In this document: piece after piece, positions 58,907 to 64,000 of the stretch | How the letters are laid out: each line of letters starts with the position of its first letter | Position numbering within the stretch: the first letter of the stretch is position 1 | Origin: a virus | Strand: one strand, 5' to 3' | IMG/VR virus record: IMGVR_UViG_3300045988_069864 | Length of the DNA stretch: 64,000 nt | The notes under the pieces: generated by a model | The model's database searches: none | What the model was told of the DNA's origin: nothing | What the model saw: only the letters and a program-made list of their open reading frames with translations | Position numbers and translations under genes: made by a program

Positions 58907-59107
58907 ATGCCTGAAGAAGTATACGCTTATTTATGTGACACGCATAAGTGTGAGAAGTGCTCATTTCCTGAATGCTCCCATACAACCGATGAGAGACATC
59001 GATGTATTTCTAACGAAGCGACTGAGATGAGACTTGTCGGGTCGACCAATGGTATTAACTATTATATGGAATTTGTTGCGATAGAAGGGAGAAGCCATGA
59101 AAATTAA
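58907..59107 (+). CDS. Hypothetical 66-aa Cys/His-rich protein
   Basis: SD AAAGGAGAAAAAAG. Cys/His pattern CDTHKCEKCSFPECSH. Confidence 0.5.
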   Translation: MPEEVYAYLCDTHKCEKCSFPECSHTTDERHRCISNEATEMRLVGSTNGINYYMEFVAIEGRSHEN

Positions 59108-59450
59108 AAATGCAAAAATCCATTCCACAATGCTTGGACGAGAAGATCATGGAATTATGACATTCATGATTTATATTGATGCAGACGGTTCCGGTTGTGG
59201 CGTCGGAGGATATTGCCTTGATGAATTCAACTCTGCTACTCAGACAAGAGTGTTCCGAGCTGAGTCCATGGAAGCGATATCTAAGATTTTGGAAGTAGTC
59301 GGTGTGGATAAGTGGGAGGACCTTCCAGGAAAGTATATTCGCTTCGAGGATAACGGCTTGGGTTCTACGGTGACCAAGATTGGCAATATCATCAAGGATA
59401 AATGGTTCGATTTGGAAGAATTCTTTCTGCCAACGAAACACTTTTCCTAG
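59097..59450 (+). CDS. Hypothetical 117-aa protein
   Basis: Overlaps the upstream end. Clean ORF. Confidence 0.55.
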   Translation: MKIKNAKIHSTMLGREDHGIMTFMIYIDADGSGCGVGGYCLDEFNSATQTRVFRAESMEAISKILEVVGVDKWEDLPGKYIRFEDNGLGSTVTKIGNIIKDKWFDLEEFFLPTKHFS

Positions 59451-59464
59451 TTATTGCTAGGGGT

Positions 59465-59493
59465 CACGCGAGAATTACATATCGTATTATGAG
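59465..59493 (+). promoter_or_regulatory. TTCGCG-N17-TATG motif copy 15 (CACGCG)
   Basis: CACGCG 59465-59470 and TATGAG 59488-59493. Heads ORF-less unit L. Confidence 0.45.
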
Positions 59494-59600
59494 AGAAAAG
59501 AGAATCATGTATTGGTGATGACCTTTGCCCGGTGTGTAAGGGGAATTGTACATTATTACAACAATACAGTAGAACTCGCACTTTTCTCTTTTATTTTTTT
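59491..59600 (+). ncRNA. ORF-less unit L (candidate ~110-nt RNA or terminator-containing leader)
   Basis: The 5' GAGAGAAAAG (59491-59500) pairs with CTTTTCTCTT (59581-59590), which runs into TTTTATTTTTTT. Only 9-aa or shorter ORFs have any start signal. Confidence 0.3.
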
Positions 59601-59638
59601 GTTTGCGTGGCTAACGGGGAACCACCCATTGGAATCCC

Positions 59639-59682
59639 TAGGAGATCTGAAACATGGTCTCCTATTCTTTTATATTTGTAAA
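59639..59682 (+). terminator. Intrinsic terminator, copy 2 of the identical 44-nt element
   Basis: Identical over 44 nt to 52401-52444. Confidence 0.8.
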
Positions 59683-59793
59683 AAGGAGTAAAGTATGGAA
59701 TGGTGGCATCGTTGTTGAAGACGATAGCTTTTGTTACAGAGCAGATACCAGAAAACGCTGGTGCGATGATATTCATAGAAAGGACTGATAAAA

Positions 59794-59952
59794 ATGAAAG
59801 TATCTGAAATCTTCGAGACCATTAGTGATATTGAACGATTGCGCGGCGTTCTTGCTACAGATGGTTATCACCCGACAAATGTTGAGATATCTGAGATTCG
59901 TGATCTATTGTGGGGTTATCGGAATGAACTTCTTAAGAAGGAAGTTAAATGA
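59794..59952 (+). CDS. Hypothetical 52-aa protein (tentative)
   Basis: ATG 59794 follows AGAAAGGA. Below the track cutoff. The 59695-59807 stretch holds only 7- and 35-aa ORFs. Confidence 0.35.
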   Translation: MKVSEIFETISDIERLRGVLATDGYHPTNVEISEIRDLLWGYRNELLKKEVK

Positions 59953-59966
59953 AAGAGGAATAAAAA

Positions 59967-60083
59967 ATGTTAGCTGTCGCTTTCGCAATCCTATATCTCG
60001 CCAATGCACCATTACCCACATACATAGCAATCGCACTTGCGTGGTATGTCAGTAGTTCATTTAACATTCGTATTGACAAATGA
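59967..60083 (+). CDS. 38-aa membrane peptide (tentative)
   Basis: ATG after AAGAGGAATAAAAA. Sequence begins MLAVAFAILYLANAPLPTYIAIALAWYV. Confidence 0.35.
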   Translation: MLAVAFAILYLANAPLPTYIAIALAWYVSSSFNIRIDK

Positions 60084-60107
60084 TATTTGAGGATAAGGAG
60101 TCTAATT

Positions 60108-60185
60108 ATGAACGAACAGAAATTCATTGAGGAAATGCTTCTAAATATGAATGAACAGAAATTCACTGAGGAAACGCTTCATACG
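60108..60185 (+). repeat. Tandem 39-nt duplication (2 units) at the 5' end of the gene
   Basis: 60108-60146 against 60147-60185 differ at a few positions. Confidence 0.8.
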
Positions 60186-60491
60186 ATGCTTTATTTTTTT
60201 GAAAATCGTAAGAACAAAGAAATTAGCGATCTTGCAGACGAATATTTCGAACATGACATGAGACTGGATGATTTTATTCTTAAGGCACAAGCGATTGTCG
60301 ATAAGCTTGAGTATGTAGAGACTATCGTCAAAAAGATATACCATGGACTGAATCCGAGCGACAGACTTTATGTTTCTTGTCCTAAGTGCGGTGCGTTTAT
60401 GACTTATGATGGCGAGCTCGAAGAATGTTTTTGCCCAGTTTGCAATTTTCATGCAAGGGTAGACACGCGAGGAGGTAAAGCTAATGATTGA
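60108..60491 (+). CDS. Hypothetical 127-aa protein with C-terminal zinc ribbon and a duplicated N-terminus
   Basis: ATG 60108 follows AAGGAG. N-terminus MNEQKFIEEMLLN/MNEQKFTEETLHT, and Cys pairs CPKCG...CPVC. Confidence 0.55.
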   Translation: MNEQKFIEEMLLNMNEQKFTEETLHTMLYFFENRKNKEISDLADEYFEHDMRLDDFILKAQAIVDKLEYVETIVKKIYHGLNPSDRLYVSCPKCGAFMTYDGELEECFCPVCNFHARVDTRGGKAND

Positions 60492-60732
60492 ACGAACAGT
60501 AACTATTAGTGGCAGAGAAGAGGACGTTGCTACTGTACTTAGGCTCCTTAAACATATGGAGTATCTTGGAAATGTTGGAGTAAGCAGAAATCTCCTTGTA
60601 TGGGTCGACGGAGACGGCTGTGGTCAGATTCATGTAATGGACAAAAGCGGAGAGAAGCTAGATAATGTCCATTATAGCATAGAGCAGATCCCTACTATGG
60701 GTGCTGTTGCTGGCATTTACGATATCGGTTGA
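60484..60732 (+). CDS. Hypothetical 82-aa protein
   Basis: ATG overlaps the upstream end. The gene is flanked by the 39-nt repeat pair 60432-60470 / 60748-60786. Confidence 0.55.
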   Translation: MIERTVTISGREEDVATVLRLLKHMEYLGNVGVSRNLLVWVDGDGCGQIHVMDKSGEKLDNVHYSIEQIPTMGAVAGIYDIG

Positions 60733-60747
60733 AAAGAAAACAACAAT

Positions 60748-60786
60748 TGCCCAGTTTGCGATTTTCAAGGAAGAGTAGACACGCGA
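60748..60786 (+). repeat. Second copy of the 3' end of gene 60108 (start-less CPVC..RVDTR remnant)
   Basis: TGCCCAGTTTGC.ATTTTCA........TAGACACGCGA matches 60432-60470 at about 31 of 39 positions. There is no start codon in frame. Confidence 0.7.
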
Positions 60787-60819
60787 CTTGGTATTGTACG
60801 TATAGACGAAAAGGAGTGA

Positions 60820-60955
60820 ATGAAATATTTTATGCCCTAAATGCCAAAAAGCCGAAATGAATTATTATAAAATTCCGTATGATGGATGGATTTATATTTA
60901 CAGGTCTTGTCCAGCATGCGGGTTTTATATTAGTAAAGGAATTCGTAATTTATGA
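60820..60955 (+). pseudogene. Small zinc-ribbon gene with a disrupted or non-canonical 5' end
   Basis: The ATG 60820 frame stops after 6 codons. The +1 frame reads LCPKCQKAEMNYYKIPYDGWIYIYRSCPACGF.. to TGA at 60955. An ATT at 60827, 10 nt after GGAG, is an alternative start. Confidence 0.35.
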
Positions 60956-60977
60956 AAATTAAAAGGTGGTGTGTCAA

Positions 60978-61286
60978 ATGGATGTAGCCGATGCAAACTC
61001 TCTGTACACATTGAAAGTAATTGCATTGATATTCATTGGATGTCCTGCTCTTATGCTCACCGGTGCTTTTCTGCTATGGCCCGAGATTTGGGTAGCATCG
61101 CATATTTATAGTGAGATCAATAAGCGATTGCGAAAAGTTATTCGATGCAAGGACTGTCGGTATCGCAACGAAGAAGGCTGTCCGTTGAAAGGTAATTGTA
61201 CAGACTATGATTTCTGCTCAAAAGGAGAAGAAATTCCTTTAAAGCAATATGGTACGGCTTACGAAAATGAGGAGGACAACGCATGA
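60978..61286 (+). CDS. Hypothetical 102-aa protein, N-terminal TM helix and Cys-rich C-terminal part
   Basis: ATG 60978 follows AAGGTGG. TM segment VIALIFIGCPALMLTGAFLLW and Cys pattern CKDC...C...C...C. Confidence 0.55.
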   Translation: MDVADANSLYTLKVIALIFIGCPALMLTGAFLLWPEIWVASHIYSEINKRLRKVIRCKDCRYRNEEGCPLKGNCTDYDFCSKGEEIPLKQYGTAYENEEDNA

Positions 61287-61450
61287 CTAATCCGTGCGAT
61301 AAATGCAAGCACACTGACGTTTGTAAATACAAAGAAGAACTTAATAATTGTTTGAACGACATTGACAAAATTGCACACGGCGATTTCATAACAATTAAAG
61401 TCGAATGTATTTATAGAGATAATATTTTCACTGCGAAAAGAGGTATGTAA
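61283..61450 (+). CDS. 55-aa Cys-rich protein
   Basis: ATGA overlap with the upstream gene. Cys pattern CDKCKHTDVC...C. Below the track cutoff. Confidence 0.4.
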   Translation: MTNPCDKCKHTDVCKYKEELNNCLNDIDKIAHGDFITIKVECIYRDNIFTAKRGM

Positions 61451-61453
61451 ACG

Positions 61454-61639
61454 ATGGTTATACCGGTTATTCTTATCTGTTTTGCTGCAGGGTTCATTTG
61501 GTTACTAACATTGGGATCGGTCGGTAGTAATCTTGATAGACACAAATCTGATGCTATATGGCCATGCGTTGCGATGCTTTTCTGCTCTGCTTTAGTCTGT
61601 CTAACTCTGATTAAATTTAGTTTCAGTTTTTTACTATAA
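61454..61639 (+). CDS. 61-aa two-TM membrane protein
   Basis: TM segments VIPVILICFAAGFIWLLTL and PCVAMLFCSALVCLTLI. Confidence 0.5.
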   Translation: MVIPVILICFAAGFIWLLTLGSVGSNLDRHKSDAIWPCVAMLFCSALVCLTLIKFSFSFLL

Positions 61640-61657
61640 ATAAAAGAGGTATAAATT

Positions 61658-61984
61658 ATGAATTTCTTCGCAATTGTCTCCGCTTTCATCATTGGCGGTA
61701 CTGTTGGATATTTTTACTGCGGACTCACGACTGGCGCCAAGAATGAGAATCTTGATCAAGAAACTACTAGTGAGGATATTAATATTATTGCGCGTTGCGA
61801 TAAACGAATCAAAGAATATGAAAAGACAGTTGAAAAGTACAAACAGATTATCGAAAACGACAATAAAAACATTCAGTATCTTCGTACATTGTTTATGAAA
61901 GCTTGCAAAATGGGCAACATTGATCCATTGACGGTTGATATTTGTGAAGAGACGGATAAAGCCGATAAGGAGGCAACTAAATGA
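61658..61984 (+). CDS. Hypothetical 108-aa protein, N-terminal TM helix + coiled coil
   Basis: SD AAGAGG, TM segment FFAIVSAFIIGGTVGYFY. Confidence 0.55.
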   Translation: MNFFAIVSAFIIGGTVGYFYCGLTTGAKNENLDQETTSEDINIIARCDKRIKEYEKTVEKYKQIIENDNKNIQYLRTLFMKACKMGNIDPLTVDICEETDKADKEATK

Positions 61985-62196
61985 GTCCGATTCAAGGAAA
62001 CAAAAACGAACGCGGAAGAAACTCATCCGGATATTCTGATCCGACTATGACAGAGGCGGTCGATAAGGCCACTAAAGACCGTAAGCGAATGGAGAAGCTT
62101 GTGAAGACCATCTATTATATTTGTGAGATGGCAGGTTTCGAAGTTGGCGAACGGATTATATTAGTTGATAAAACCACAGGCAAGATTTGGAGGTAA
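61981..62196 (+). CDS. Hypothetical 71-aa protein
   Basis: ATGA overlap with the upstream gene. Carries a YSDPTMTEAV motif that I recall from small proteins of Firmicutes mobile elements. Confidence 0.5.
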   Translation: MSPIQGNKNERGRNSSGYSDPTMTEAVDKATKDRKRMEKLVKTIYYICEMAGFEVGERIILVDKTTGKIWR

Positions 62197-62202
62197 TATA
62201 TT

Positions 62203-62535
62203 ATGAATATGTTCGATTATCAGTACGCAGCAGCTCGTAGCATCAATTATGATCTGACCGATGCAGAGAAAGGTAAACACGCACTTCACGGTATGGTGGC
62301 AGAAATTGGCGAACTCCACTCGATCTATCAGAAACGGTATCAGGGTCATCCGTTCAATGAGGAGCATGCTAAAAAAGAGCTAGGCGACCTGATATGGTTC
62401 ATTGCCGAGTATTGCACTGCTCACAACTGGGACCTTAATGATATTTGCCAAATGAATATTGACAAGCTCAAAGCTCGCTATCCCGATGGTTTCGAGGTTG
62501 ATAAGAGTCTGCATCGTGCTGAGGGTGATATTTGA
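62203..62535 (+). CDS. MazG-like nucleoside triphosphate pyrophosphohydrolase
   Basis: HGMVAEIGELHSIYQK...ELGDLIWFIAEYC...NIDKLKARYP has the EXXE...E..D MazG helix pattern. Confidence 0.7.
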   Translation: MNMFDYQYAAARSINYDLTDAEKGKHALHGMVAEIGELHSIYQKRYQGHPFNEEHAKKELGDLIWFIAEYCTAHNWDLNDICQMNIDKLKARYPDGFEVDKSLHRAEGDI

Positions 62536-62870
62536 TGAAAGCTCATGTTGGAAAAAATGGCATAGCACCGTGGGTTTTGGATGAAGCTGTAGCAGAAGCT
62601 ATGAAACAAATTGATATTCAGTCTAATGAAATTAGTGCTCGTTGCTACAATGAGATGACGATTGCAATGGATCAGGCTGGATTTTCCAAAGATGATATTT
62701 GCAAAGTACATAAAGTGTTGAACGATGTAATCTTGCCTAAGATCAAGTCTGTCCGTGACGATGGGTATGCTAAGAACAAAGATGACAACTCGCAGGAGAT
62801 CTCCGACAGTGATATTTGGATGCAGATGTATTGTGAGAGTCATGATTTGCCTTATTTGGAGTGCGAATGA
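62532..62870 (+). CDS. Hypothetical 112-aa protein
   Basis: ATGA overlap with the upstream gene. Clean ORF. Confidence 0.55.
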   Translation: MMKAHVGKNGIAPWVLDEAVAEAMKQIDIQSNEISARCYNEMTIAMDQAGFSKDDICKVHKVLNDVILPKIKSVRDDGYAKNKDDNSQEISDSDIWMQMYCESHDLPYLECE

Positions 62871-62872
62871 TA

Positions 62873-62901
62873 ATCGCTAAATAAACACGTGCTGTTATGG
62901 A
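62873..62901 (+). promoter_or_regulatory. TTCGCG-N17-TATG motif copy 16 (ATCGCT / TATGGA)
   Basis: ATCGCT 62873-62878 and TATGGA 62896-62901. The spacer AAATAAAC.. fits the family. This is the most degenerate copy. Confidence 0.35.
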
Positions 62902-62935
62902 CCGAAAGGTTACTATATTTTGGAGGTACATATTT

Positions 62936-63277
62936 ATGAAAAAGGTAAAGGCATTTATCAATGAGCACGAGGACGAGATTAAAACCGTGGCTAAGGTATC
63001 TGTTTGCTTGATCGTAGGTGGAACTATTGGATATTTCATTGGATACAAAAACAGTCCGGGAAATCGTTATTGGATTCCTGATAGCATGATGGATGTGCTG
63101 AAGGACGCCAAGCATGTATACCCAAACAGATTTAGTGTTTTTAATGGATACACCAATCCAGATGGGATCAAGGTAATGGATCTTGGCGAACTCGGTAAAG
63201 AAATTGTCGAATCTGGCGGTAAAGATGATACTATCTATACCCATTTCATTGCAATTGGACCCGAATCGAAGACCTAA
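62936..63277 (+). CDS. Hypothetical 113-aa protein with TM helix
   Basis: ATG 62936 follows TGGAGGT. TM segment VSVCLIVGGTIGYFIGY. Confidence 0.55.
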   Translation: MKKVKAFINEHEDEIKTVAKVSVCLIVGGTIGYFIGYKNSPGNRYWIPDSMMDVLKDAKHVYPNRFSVFNGYTNPDGIKVMDLGELGKEIVESGGKDDTIYTHFIAIGPESKT

Positions 63278-63287
63278 AGGTTAAATT

Positions 63288-63324
63288 TAGGGGGCTTGCT
63301 AGCAACAAGTCCTCTTTATTTTTG
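63288..63324 (+). terminator. Terminator-like hairpin
   Basis: GGGGCTTG-CTAGCAA-CAAGTCCTC imperfect stem followed by TTTATTTTTG. Confidence 0.5.
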
Positions 63325-63420
63325 ACAAAAAATTATTACTATATATGAATTGACTCACAAAAAATTATTACTATATATGAATTGACTCACAAAAAATTAT
63401 TACTATATAGTAATAAATTC
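63325..63420. repeat. Tandem 32-bp direct repeat, 2 full units + 1 variant
   Basis: ACAAAAAATTATTACTATATATGAATTGACTC occurs at 63325 and 63357. The third unit (63389-) turns into the palindrome. Confidence 0.9.
63397..63416. repeat. Perfect 20-bp palindrome TTATTACTATATAGTAATAA (copy 1)
   Basis: Self-complementary; an identical copy lies at 63625-63644. Confidence 0.9.
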
Positions 63421-63693
63421 GTGGCCACTTTTTGGGTTATGCCCACTTTAGTTTTGGGCTTCAACAAAATTCAAGTGGTCGTGGTCAAACTTGTGGCCAA
63501 AAAAGTGGGCTTTTGCCCGGTTTTGAAAAGTAGTTTTGGCCACAAAAAATAACGATACATCGTCGTTTTTTCTCGAAATGGCCAAAAGCCCATTTATTTT
63601 TTAATAATTCTTTAAAAATTAAAATTATTACTATATAGTAATAAATCGAGTTTTTATATATAGATGAGAAAACAAAGTGGGTTTTTGGCCACG
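63421..63693. repeat. Iteron-like array: GTGGCCA / TGGCCA(C/A) paired with A/T5 + GTGGG/CCCAC elements, both orientations
   Basis: Copies lie at about 63421, 63481 (variant GTGGTCA), 63493, 63537, 63579 and 63675. One example is GTGGCCAAAAAAGTGGGC, and another is GTGGGTTTTTGGCCAC. Confidence 0.6.
63625..63644. repeat. Perfect 20-bp palindrome TTATTACTATATAGTAATAA (copy 2)
   Basis: Identical to 63397-63416. The two copies bracket the iteron-like array. Confidence 0.9.
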
Positions 63694-63717
63694 AGTTTTA
63701 GCTTTATGGAGGTTTTT

Positions 63718-64000
63718 ATGGCCAATTATATTTTTGAGAACATGCAATCCTATTACCCGTTTCTGAGCGAGCGAATGGTTTCATACAAGAAAGTTGGTCC
63801 GTATGAGTTGATCGTCAAGACCAATGACGGTGAGACTATTCTGTATGACGATGTCAATCATTCGATTAGGAGACTGCCTCGAGATAGCAATAATATGACC
63901 GAGCAAGAGGTGAGTGTTGAGTTTAGGCAAAGACTTCGTCGATTAATGACTCGACAAGGTGTTAGTCAATTAGAGCTTTCGGAACTTACTGGCATTCCTC
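63718..64000 (+). CDS. HTH (XRE-like) protein, 3' end cut by window edge
   Basis: ATG 63718 follows GGAGG. Open to the window end. FRQRLRRLMTRQGVSQLELSELTGI looks like the start of an XRE HTH. Confidence 0.5.
   Translation, partial: MANYIFENMQSYYPFLSERMVSYKKVGPYELIVKTNDGETILYDDVNHSIRRLPRDSNNMTEQEVSVEFRQRLRRLMTRQGVSQLELSELTGIP

Noticed and set aside
63325-63420. Tandem 32-bp repeats as a possible CRISPR array.
   Set aside because: The units are directly adjacent with no spacers. There are only 2.5 copies and no cas genes in the window.

Overview
The whole 64-kb window is bacteriophage DNA with no host flanks. It is AT-rich by eye and uses Firmicutes-style extended Shine-Dalgarno sites (GAAAGGAGG). 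It looks like a large temperate siphovirus-type genome, and the window opens inside a gene.

Layout, left to right:
- 1-2787: the 3' part of a YonO-like single-chain two-barrel RNA polymerase.
- 3039-3375: a structured 335-bp leader.
- 3376-32672: a ~29-kb late operon. It encodes a small-terminase candidate, an HNH nuclease, four tandem YHHG-motif paralogs, TerL, portal, a protease-capsid fusion, the tail tube, chaperones, an embedded amidase-glucosaminidase-SH3 lysin and a 1784-aa tape measure. It continues with Dit, Tal, a collagen-like fibre, two receptor-binding proteins and a deacetylase-type spike, and ends with a holin.
- 33248-35100 (minus strand): a cI-like repressor plus a large serine integrase.
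- 35278-63277 (plus strand): ~28 kb of early and replication genes. These include many tiny membrane or Cys-rich proteins, a 1325-aa SF3 helicase/AEP primase/PolB fusion and an SSB-like protein. There is also an HNH-helicase fusion, a Bro-N protein, MazG and one tRNA-CAT.
- 63320-63717: a palindrome- and iteron-rich non-coding region.

Most unusual signals:
1. Sixteen copies of a fixed-geometry promoter-like motif, TTCGCG-N17-TATG.
2. Three of these copies head ORF-less 100-150-nt units whose first 8-10 nt pair with the terminator arm.
3. Three split genes all rejoin by a +1 shift at NNN-AGG-C.
4. The phage-encoded two-barrel RNA polymerase.
5. The only peptidoglycan hydrolase sits inside the tail module, 16 kb from the holin.

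All functional calls come from motif recognition by eye. No database search or folding computation was run.
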